Shown: positions 1-8,021 of the stretch, one piece after another
Position numbering within the stretch: position 1 is the first letter of the stretch
Layout of the letters: every line of letters starts with the position of its first letter
Assembly (NCBI GenBank): GCA_963815255.1
Contig: CAWFGH010000012.1
Location: 268,121-332,120 of the forward strand
DNA length: 64,000 bases
Reading direction: 5' to 3'
Source: an uncultured delta proteobacterium
GTDB taxonomy: Bacteria > Desulfobacterota > Binatia > Binatales > Binataceae
Translations under genes and position numbers: made by a program
The notes under the pieces: model-generated
What the model was told of the DNA's origin: nothing
Seen by the model: only the letters and a program-made list of their open reading frames with translations
Databases searched by the model: none

Positions 1-1392
1 CATCACGACCACGATCGGCAGTTGATGGCGAATCGCCGTATCCATCTCCATCCCGTTCCATCCAAATGCACCGTCCCCCGAGAGCACCACTACCGGCGCC
101 TCCGGCCGCGCGACCTTGGCGCCGATTCCGAACGGCACGCCGACGCCCATGCATCCATGCGGCCCCGCGTTGAGACTGCACCCGGCTTGGTAGATCGGAA
201 TCGACTGGCGCGCGAAGTTCAGAATCTCGTGGCCGTCGACGATCAGGATGGTGTCGCGCGAGATCAGGTCGCGGACCTCGCGGCACAGACGCAGCGGATG
301 GATCGGCACGGCGTCGGAATGGAGCAGCGGTGCCGAGCGCTCCTGGTTGGAGCGATGCTTGGCGCTGAGTTGCGCGACCCACGTGCTCTCGCGATGCGCC
401 TCGAAGCGGCCGTCGGCCTCCTCGGTCAACTGGCGCAGCACCAGCTTGGCGTCGCCGATGATCCCGACCTCGATGCCGCGGTTGTGGCCGATCTCGCGAC
501 CGTCGAGATTGACGCTGATGAAGCGTGCGTCGGGCGAAAAGCGCGGCGCGCGTAGAAACGAGAGCATCGAGTTCGCCCGCGCTCCCACCACCAGCACCAC
601 GTCGGCGTCGCGAAACGCCATCGAGCGCGCACCAGGAAACGAGCGCGGATGGTCCTCGGGAATCACGCCGCGGCCCTGCGGCGTGGTGTAAAACGGCAAC
701 CCGGTGCTGTCGATGAAGTCGCGCAGTTCGGCGGACGCGCCCGACCACAACACGCCGCTGCCGGTGACGACGATCGGGCGCTCGGCGCCGGCGAGCAACT
801 CGATCGCGCGTTCCACTTGCACAGGGTCGCCGGCAGGACGGCTGTCCACGCGGTAGTTGGCGGGGAACATCAGTTTTTCCTCGTCGACCTTGTGATTGAG
901 AATGTCGCCAGGGAGATCGAGGTAGACCGGGCCCTTCTTGGCGTCGAGCGCCTCACGAAACGCGACGCTGATGTACTCCGGGATGCGGCTCGCCATATCG
1001 ACTCGGTAGGCTGCCTTCACCACCGGCTTCATGATCGCGACCTGATCCATCTCCTGGAACGCGTCGAGCGTCGTCGCGCGCATCGGCGCCGAACCGCCAA
1101 TCGCGATTATCGGCGTGGCGTCGGCCCACGCGTTGGCGAGTCCCGTGAGCGCGTTGGCTGTACCCGGACCCGACGGTGTGATGCAGACGCCCGGCTTGCC
1201 GGTCACGCGCGCGTAGGCGTGCGCCATCATGGCCGCCGCCTGCTCGTGGCGCACGTAAATGCCCTTCATCCCAAGATCAAGACAGGCGCCCGCAGTGCCG
1301 CTGGTCGGACCGCCCATCATGAAAAAGATCGTGTCGACTTTTTCGTTGCTTAAGCAGCGTGCGATTATCTGCTCGCCTCTTATGATTGCCAT
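1..1392 (-). CDS. Thiamine-pyrophosphate-binding enzyme (2-hydroxyacyl-CoA lyase / oxalyl-CoA decarboxylase / AHAS-like); C-terminus runs off the window
   Basis: Manual translation from ATG at 1392 (GAGGAG upstream): MAIIRGEQIIARCL...RHEQAAAMMAHAYARVTGKPGVC...GPGTAN...FQEMDQ and the TPP motif GDGAFG...MEMDT. Absent from the ORF track because the stop lies outside the window. Confidence 0.9.
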   Translation of the reverse strand, partial: MAIIRGEQIIARCLSNEKVDTIFFMMGGPTSGTAGACLDLGMKGIYVRHEQAAAMMAHAYARVTGKPGVCITPSGPGTANALTGLANAWADATPIIAIGGSAPMRATTLDAFQEMDQVAIMKPVVKAAYRVDMASRIPEYISVAFREALDAKKGPVYLDLPGDILNHKVDEEKLMFPANYRVDSRPAGDPVQVERAIELLAGAERPIVVTGSGVLWSGASAELRDFIDSTGLPFYTTPQGRGVIPEDHPRSFPGARSMAFRDADVVLVVGARANSMLSFLRAPRFSPDARFISVNLDGREIGHNRGIEVGIIGDAKLVLRQLTEEADGRFEAHRESTWVAQLSAKHRSNQERSAPLLHSDAVPIHPLRLCREVRDLISRDTILIVDGHEILNFARQSIPIYQAGCSLNAGPHGCMGVGVPFGIGAKVARPEAPVVVLSGDGAFGWNGMEMDTAIRHQLPIVVVM

Positions 1393-1576
1393 ATCGGTGA
1401 CGCTCTCCTCGTTGGCCTCGCCAATGGTTGGAGCAACAGAGCCGCCGCCCTGTCAAGCGCGCGCTTATCCAAACGTCGTAATCCTTGACACGCGAAAGCG
1501 GGTACAATAATTGATTATGATTACATGGCGAGGCTGAGAAGTGGTGAGCTCAAAGGGGGTAGAGGAGTTAGCCACG

Positions 1577-1804
1577 ATGGAGAAGCACACAGCGATAAGG
1601 ATGCTGCCGGGCAGCCGCGTGGTCTTCCGCGGCAGGCTTCACGAGGTGGTCAGCCTCAAGTCCGGCGGAGGGATGGACGCGCCGTACTTCCGCCTGCGCA
1701 ATATCGAGGAGGGCACGCCGACGGCTCTCGTCAGCTACAAGCTTCTGGAGCATCCGGAACTGCGGGAAGATTCGGTTTCGGCCGACCTCCCGAAGCGCTC
1801 GTAG
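1577..1804 (+). CDS. Small hypothetical protein (75 aa)
   Basis: ATG at 1577 preceded by GAGGAG; fills the gap between two minus-strand genes; no recognisable motif. Confidence 0.45.
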   Translation: MEKHTAIRMLPGSRVVFRGRLHEVVSLKSGGGMDAPYFRLRNIEEGTPTALVSYKLLEHPELREDSVSADLPKRS

Positions 1805-1841
1805 CGAAGCCGCTCGCTCGCCGCAGGTAAAGTCGGCCCGG

Positions 1842-2724
1842 TCACTTGTCCGCCAGGACGAGCAGACCCTCGCCGAGCCATCGCGTAAGCAAGCTGGTTG
1901 ATAAGCGCAACCGGCGCAATCAACCCGATTTCGTCGTCTTCGCCGGATGCCGCGACAACCGTCTCGCATATCGCTGCGAAACTTGCCCCGGCGCTCGCGA
2001 CCTCGAGCGCCGCGCGCTCCGGGCGCTCCAACGCGCGGTAATGGACCCGGGAGTTTTGCCGCCACACCAGCACGCTGACCGGCGCATGCGCAGGCGCTCC
2101 CAGCGGTCGATCGTTTTCGCCACCGGCGGCTTCGACTTCACGCAATAGCTCGTCCACGCGCCACTCGCAATCGACGATCGCCAGCGCCGGATGCGTTCGC
2201 ATCGCGAGCGCCGGCCAGTCATCAGGCGAGATCGAGCGCATCGCCTCGGCGTCCAGCGCTTCGGCCTGAGCGGCGTGGAAAACCTCGATCTGCGTCCGCT
2301 CCAGCCGCGCCAGTTCGGCGATGAACGGCCATCGTTCGATCATCGCGCGCATCGAATGGTGACGCAGAAACTCGGCCAGATGGCGGCCGGCATAAGAGAT
2401 AGAAGGTTCGGTTGGCGGATACTCGATCAAGTAGGCCGTGATCAGGTTGTGGAAGTCGTCGGGGCCGAGTGTCGCGAGCGTCGCCGGGAAATCCTCCTTC
2501 AGGCAGTCCAGGATCCGGTAGAAGTAGGCGTTGGCATAAATCTCGAGCCGTTCGGTCGCGGAGAGGCGATCGTCGCTTTCAATCAAATGCTCGAGCATCT
2601 CGGGCTCCGACGCGCTTTCGGCGGCGAGACCCGCGGCTACGCCCTCGGGCGCCGTGATCAGCCGGTAGAGCAGTGCCTGCAGCGCCTCGAGGCCGGGGTT
2701 TGTTAGATTTTGGCCCATCGGCAT
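1842..2724 (-). CDS. HvfC/BufC-like (DUF2063) protein with an apparent +1 frameshift near its 3' end
   Basis: Contains RLEIYANAYFYRILDCLKEDFPATLATLG and LAELARLE. Removing one base near 1890 gives the natural ending NQLLTRWLGEGLLVLADK* (TGA at 1844-1842). Confidence 0.75.
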
Positions 2725-2764
2725 ATCATCGGAGGATTCCTGGGTCGTACGCAAGGAGTCCGCG

Positions 2765-3757
2765 ATGGGGATGATGCTCGACGGCCAATGGCAACGCGAT
2801 GACCTTCGCTCGGCGGGGGCCAGTTTCGTCCGTCCGCAAACCGTCTTCAGAAACTGGGTGACCGCCGACGGACGTCCCGGGCCGAGCGGCGAGGGCGGCT
2901 TCAAGGCCGAGCGCGGGCGTTATCACTTGTACGTATCGCTCGCCTGCCCGTGGGCCCATCGCACGCTCATCGTGCGCAAGCTGAAGAAGCTCGACGACGC
3001 GATCACGGTGTCGGTGGTAGATCCGTTCATGGGCGATGACGGATGGGCCTTCAGCGCGCCGGACGGGTCGCTCACACCCGGCGCGACGCGCGATGATCTG
3101 AACGGCGCGCGCTACCTGCACGAGGTTTATACCAAGGCTCGGCGCGACTACACGGGACGCGTCACGGTGCCGGTGTTATGGGACCGCGAGACCGGGACCA
3201 TCGTCAGCAACGAGTCGTCCGAGATAATCCGGATGTTCAATTCGGCCTTCAACGCGCTGGGCGCCGCGGGCGACGATCTCTATCCGCAGGCGCAGCGCGC
3301 GGAGATCGACGAACTCAACGCCGTCATTTACGACACCGTCAACAACGGCGTCTATAAGTGCGGCTTCGCCAAATCGCAGGAGGCCTACGAGGCGGCCTTC
3401 GACCCGCTATTCGAGACGCTCGACCGGCTCGAACAGCGCCTGGCGCGTCAGCGCTATCTCTTCGGCGTCCGCCCGACCGAAGCCGACTGGCGGCTGTTCC
3501 CCACGCTGGTGCGTTTCGATCCGGTTTACTACAGCCACTTCAAATGTAACTTGCGCCGTATCATTGATTACTCGAATATGTGGGGCTACACGCGCGATCT
3601 TTACCAGGTGCCCGGCGTCGCCGAGACGGTTAGCCTCGCGCATATCAAGCGTCACTATTACGCGAGCCACGCGATGATCAACCCGACCCGCATCGTGCCC
3701 AAGGGCCCGGCGATCGATTTCGGCGCGCCGCACGATCGTGCCCGGCTCTCCAGTTAG
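2765..3757 (+). CDS. yqjG: Glutathionyl-hydroquinone reductase (GST omega/Xi class)
   Basis: GRYHLYVSLACPWAHR, VTVPVLWD, IVSNESSEIIRM, NNGVYKCGFA, TLVRFDPVY, HIKRHYY; AAGGAG upstream. Confidence 0.93.
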   Translation: MGMMLDGQWQRDDLRSAGASFVRPQTVFRNWVTADGRPGPSGEGGFKAERGRYHLYVSLACPWAHRTLIVRKLKKLDDAITVSVVDPFMGDDGWAFSAPDGSLTPGATRDDLNGARYLHEVYTKARRDYTGRVTVPVLWDRETGTIVSNESSEIIRMFNSAFNALGAAGDDLYPQAQRAEIDELNAVIYDTVNNGVYKCGFAKSQEAYEAAFDPLFETLDRLEQRLARQRYLFGVRPTEADWRLFPTLVRFDPVYYSHFKCNLRRIIDYSNMWGYTRDLYQVPGVAETVSLAHIKRHYYASHAMINPTRIVPKGPAIDFGAPHDRARLSS

Positions 3758-3827
3758 GTCCGGGGAACCCGCGGGCGGTCGGCCGCATTGAATAGAGACG
3801 GGACGAGGCGACGGGCGACAGCTTTCG

Positions 3828-4844
3828 ATGCGAGACGTGATGCGAGGTGCAATGCGAGCCGCTAGGACGGACAGGCGAGGGCAGGCTCCGCGCCGCAAGC
3901 AATTAGCCCGCGCGCTGGCGATAGCCGCGGCGATCGCGATCTATCCGGTCCTAAGCGGGTTCGACCTCAGCCATCACGTGGTGCCGCCCGCAGAGATTCG
4001 CGACGGAGGCCCGGCGAAGGACGCGATTCCGGCCGTGCTGGAGCCGCAATTCGTCAAGGCCGAACACGCGACGTTTCTCGAATCCAACGACAAGGTGATC
4101 GGCGTGGTCGTTCAGGGGCGAGCCCGCGCATACCCGATCAAGATTCTCAATTGGCACGAGGTCGTCGACGATTCGATTGCCGGGACGCCGCTCGCGGTCA
4201 CCTTCTGCCCGTTGGTCCAGGGCGCCGCGGTATACAATCGCGACGCCGGCGGCAAGACGCTCACCTTCGCCGTATCGGGCAAGCTCTACCAGAGCAACCT
4301 GGTGCTCTACGATGAGGGCACGCAGAGCCTGTGGTCGCAGCTCGAGGGTCAGGCGCTGGCCGGACCGATGGCGGGTCAGAAGTTGGTGGCGATACCGAGC
4401 ACGATCACGACCTGGGAGGCCTGGCAAAAAAAGCATCCCTCGACCGACGTACTTAGTATCAATACTGGCTATACGCGCGACTATGGAGTCGATCCCTACT
4501 GGGGGTATGAGCACGGAGACCAAGTAGTGTCGCCAGTCGCGCACCTCGACGAGCGGCTCTCCGCTCATGAACTGGTCTTGGGCCTCTCGGCGGGCGGTCA
4601 GGACGAAGCGTTTCCGCTGTCAAAGCTGAGTGGGGCGGCGATGCCGCTGCGGGTTCAACTGGGCGGCGCGGATCTAACTATTGCCTATGACGCGGACTCC
4701 GGAGCGGCCACGGCGAGCGTGTCGGGCGAGCGCGTCCCGATCTACAATGGCTACTGGTTCGCGTGGGCGGCGTTTCATCCGAAGACCGCTATATGGAGCG
4801 CGGCCGCAACCACGACCAAGGATACGGCCAAAAGCCAGGATTAG
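3828..4844 (+). CDS. DUF3179 domain exported protein
   Basis: N-terminal hydrophobic segment; GGPAKDAIPA, RAYPIKILNWHEVVDD, VTFCPL, FAVSGKLYQSNLVLYD...SLWSQ, YWFAWAAFHP. Confidence 0.85.
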   Translation: MRDVMRGAMRAARTDRRGQAPRRKQLARALAIAAAIAIYPVLSGFDLSHHVVPPAEIRDGGPAKDAIPAVLEPQFVKAEHATFLESNDKVIGVVVQGRARAYPIKILNWHEVVDDSIAGTPLAVTFCPLVQGAAVYNRDAGGKTLTFAVSGKLYQSNLVLYDEGTQSLWSQLEGQALAGPMAGQKLVAIPSTITTWEAWQKKHPSTDVLSINTGYTRDYGVDPYWGYEHGDQVVSPVAHLDERLSAHELVLGLSAGGQDEAFPLSKLSGAAMPLRVQLGGADLTIAYDADSGAATASVSGERVPIYNGYWFAWAAFHPKTAIWSAAATTTKDTAKSQD

Positions 4845-4891
4845 GACGCGCCCGCTGCGAGGGAGCAGGATACGCCGACGAGCGCACCCCG

Positions 4892-6355
4892 TCAGCGATG
4901 CATCTCCTCCAATTTGCTGATGTCGAAGAGCTGGGTGACGTTAGCCGGGACCGCGTCGGGATAGCCACTGCCGAATCCTGCGAATATCGTGGCGCGGTCG
5001 TTTTGCAGATCGACCACATCCTCTCCGATCAACATGGTCGACTCCACCCCATGATTAATCTCGGCGAAACTGTGGAAGTCCTCGGTCCAGCGGCATTGGA
5101 GTTCCCACAGCTTCCATAGTTTGCCGTCGCGGTTGAACGCCAGCGCCATCCACGGATGCCAGTTCTCGGCGTCCCAGAACATCACCACATTGCTGTAGGG
5201 ATGATGAGCCTCGACAGGAGTACGTTCGACCACCGCGAAGCGCCGCAACGACCAGCGGTCGTTGGGAATTTCGCCGTTGGGGCCAAACAGGTGAGCGTAA
5301 TCGTCGCGCGAGTCGAGAACTGCCAGCACGTCCTTCCAGCCGAGAAACTTCCAGTGCCAGTGCAGCTCGCGGCCCGAGAAAGTGTAGAAATCTTCCTGCG
5401 TGGTGTCGGTGCCTTCGACCGAGTCGGATTTGACCTCGACCGAGACGCGCCGGACCCGGCGCGACTGCGGATCGTAGGCCCAGGCGTCGTCGGCGCGATG
5501 AGGGTCAGCATAGCGATAGGTGATGAACACCTGCCCGCGCACGTCGTAGGGCGAAAAGAAGCCGGTGAACTCCTTCCACAGGAATTGCCCCGAGTCGGGC
5601 GTGCCCAGCAATCCCTTCTGGTCCGCGCGCTGGGCGAGATGGCTGAAATAAACCCGCCGGTAGAAACTGCTCAAGGTGCGGGCGAAGCTCCCGCCGCCGC
5701 CGAAAAACTTGCTCGCATCCGTGGGCAGCTTGCTGTGATACTCGACACCCCCGACCCAGTTCGAGGGTGGCGACTCGATCAATTTGGGCGCGTCGCCGTC
5801 GTGATTGCCGCCGAACTGGGAGACGATGAAAAGATAGTTAAGCGAGAACTCGCCGTAGTTCTGCCATCGATAGTCGAAATTCCAGGCTGCTTTGATTCCC
5901 GAGAGCGCATCCGAAGTGCTGAGCGAGGCGTTAGGAAACGGCTGCCCGCAAACGTAGTTGGCCAGTGAGCCGTCAGGGTTGAGCTTGACCTGCGCCTGGT
6001 ATTTCTCGGTGCATTCCTGAAAGTCCTTGCGCGGCATGTGGCTGCGCGCCGCCATGATCTCCATTTTGAATTCCGGGAAGTTGAGCTGCTCGAACCATCC
6101 GGGCGGCACGAACGGGCGAATCCGCTCGAGGTCCTTGCTGCCCAGGACGTCGCCGGGCTTGAAGTCGGGTTTGGCGTCGGCATACTTGCTCATCCACTGG
6201 TCGACGTTCGCCCGCGTGTAGGTCTTGACGTTCTGCGCCGCGGCGCGCGAGGCGCCGAGCACGATAACTGCCGCCATAACAGCAACGACTGCGGCGAACA
6301 TCGACGGGAGGACTACCGCTCGCCCCAATCGGCGGTATCTGAAAATCGTTCCCAC
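4892..6355 (-). CDS. DUF1329 (LolA-like fold) exported protein
   Basis: GTG at 6355 preceded by GAGGAG; signal peptide ...ASRAAAQ; NYVCGQPFP, KAAWNFDYR, DDAWAYDPQSRRVRR, YDFSG-like FYTFSGR, AFNRDGKLWK. Confidence 0.85.
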   Translation of the reverse strand: MGTIFRYRRLGRAVVLPSMFAAVVAVMAAVIVLGASRAAAQNVKTYTRANVDQWMSKYADAKPDFKPGDVLGSKDLERIRPFVPPGWFEQLNFPEFKMEIMAARSHMPRKDFQECTEKYQAQVKLNPDGSLANYVCGQPFPNASLSTSDALSGIKAAWNFDYRWQNYGEFSLNYLFIVSQFGGNHDGDAPKLIESPPSNWVGGVEYHSKLPTDASKFFGGGGSFARTLSSFYRRVYFSHLAQRADQKGLLGTPDSGQFLWKEFTGFFSPYDVRGQVFITYRYADPHRADDAWAYDPQSRRVRRVSVEVKSDSVEGTDTTQEDFYTFSGRELHWHWKFLGWKDVLAVLDSRDDYAHLFGPNGEIPNDRWSLRRFAVVERTPVEAHHPYSNVVMFWDAENWHPWMALAFNRDGKLWKLWELQCRWTEDFHSFAEINHGVESTMLIGEDVVDLQNDRATIFAGFGSGYPDAVPANVTQLFDISKLEEMHR

Positions 6356-6445
6356 TTTGTTTTCTCCTCGGATTGGCACCGGTCTCAGGTTGCCATCGGG
6401 CCATCTTGCAATAGGCCCGACTCCGCGCGCAACCGGCGCACAGGA

Positions 6446-7801
6446 TCACTGCGCGATCTTGCTCAGACCTTCGGGGCTCGCGTAGCGGGTCACGTCGAGG
6501 TACTGCGCGTTACAGTCGGTGTTGAAGCACGGATTCGCCGCGGTTGCCGCGGTCATATGCTTGTCCTTGAAATTTACGATCAGCAAATCCGTCGCGCCGT
6601 TCACGCCCAGCGCCGTCCCGGTGTCAGGCACGCGCAGCGGAGTCTGAAACCCTACCCAGAATTTGTACAAAGCGCCGGCCGGATCGTAGAGGTCGATTGC
6701 CCATGGAAAAAGCGTCTCCTTGTCCACGTAGATCACTCGGCGGCTGTAGCAATAGCCACTGGCGAAGGCTGGCAGCCGCGTCATCTCGATCACATACACC
6801 TCGCGCATTTCCCACTTGCCCAACGCCGGCCGCGGCCACGGCAGCACGCCCTTGTCGGGCGGATAAAAGTAGTCGGGCGGAAGGCCCGTTGCGCTGCCGC
6901 AGCTCTCGAACGATTTCGGATCGGCGTGCGCCAGGACCATCATCCGCCTTGCGCCGGCGTAGCTGATTTTGTATTTCTGCGGCAGCGACGGCGGTCCGTT
7001 GTTGGATTCCTCGTAAGTGAAATCGCCGCCCGGAACCGGCGCGCAGCGCGATGCCTCCGACATGCGAAGGGGCCTCCGGGTCGAGGGCAGATATATGTAG
7101 ATATCGTCGAGCCGCGTGACGTCGGCATAGCTGATGTCGAGGGTGGTAGTATATTTTCCCTGCTCGGGGCTGATTTGCTGGTAGTATTTGGTCAGGAAGT
7201 ATCCGCTCGAATCCGGCACGGTCTGGGGAAAACCGGCGTCGCTCAGATGCGTGAGTTGCGAATAGATCGAGTCGGCGGTCTCGGACTGGGTGAAGTTTCC
7301 GTATGAATCGGAGGTATAGTTGCAGGAAAAATTCCGTTGCACCCGTGGCGCGTAGTGGTAATAGGCGTCGTAGAAGATTTCGTAGGGCGCCAGTGCCGGA
7401 TTCTTGTCCGGCTGCGGAAACGGAATGCCGGCGACGTAACCGGCCGGGACGTAACCGCCGTCGGCCACACGCGCGAGCGTCACTTGTTTCGCGTAGCTGG
7501 CGGTGTCATCGCGATATCGACGGGGCAATGCGATCGGGATGGTGGGTCCGATCTCGATCTGCACGTCGGGCGGCATCCGCCAGAAATGATCGCCGGCGAA
7601 GATCGCCTGCATCCCGACGGGCATGAAGCTCGCGTACCGCCGCCAGTTCGCGCCGGTGAGGACTGTGCCCGCGGGTATCGTCGCGGCAGGCGGTGGAGCG
7701 CTCTCCGCGGCGGCGGCTGCGCCATCGGAAATCGCGATGCGGAGCGCGATCGCGAGGGCGACTGAGATAAGCAAGCGAAGCGCGGATGACAGAACAGCCA
7801 T
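6446..7801 (-). CDS. DUF1329 exported protein, second paralogue
   Basis: ATG at 7801 after GAGG; signal-like N-terminus; GYVAGIPFP, DDIYIYLPSTRRPLR, YCYSRRVIYVDKET, DLYDPAGALYK. Confidence 0.82.
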   Translation of the reverse strand: MAVLSSALRLLISVALAIALRIAISDGAAAAAESAPPPAATIPAGTVLTGANWRRYASFMPVGMQAIFAGDHFWRMPPDVQIEIGPTIPIALPRRYRDDTASYAKQVTLARVADGGYVPAGYVAGIPFPQPDKNPALAPYEIFYDAYYHYAPRVQRNFSCNYTSDSYGNFTQSETADSIYSQLTHLSDAGFPQTVPDSSGYFLTKYYQQISPEQGKYTTTLDISYADVTRLDDIYIYLPSTRRPLRMSEASRCAPVPGGDFTYEESNNGPPSLPQKYKISYAGARRMMVLAHADPKSFESCGSATGLPPDYFYPPDKGVLPWPRPALGKWEMREVYVIEMTRLPAFASGYCYSRRVIYVDKETLFPWAIDLYDPAGALYKFWVGFQTPLRVPDTGTALGVNGATDLLIVNFKDKHMTAATAANPCFNTDCNAQYLDVTRYASPEGLSKIAQ

Positions 7802-8021
7802 GACGATGACCTCGTTTCCCCGGAACATCTGTAGTGTGACCGGACCGGGAGGTCCAACGCCGGGCGCAAAAAAAGCGCTCGGTTCCCGAAAACACTTGTG
7901 TCGGCTGGGCAAATTTCGGTCCAAGAATTGTAAACAGGCCGTAACAGTCACTGATTGCAGCTCCGTCAGGTCCGGACTACCCTCATTCCGAAGCGGGGTC
8001 GAATTGACGTAGACTGCACTT

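Noticed and set aside
1451-1508. TGTCAAG...CTTGACA inverted pair and TACAAT as divergent promoters
   Set aside because: The TTGACA-TACAAT spacing is only 12 nt and I found no convincing -10 on the minus strand.
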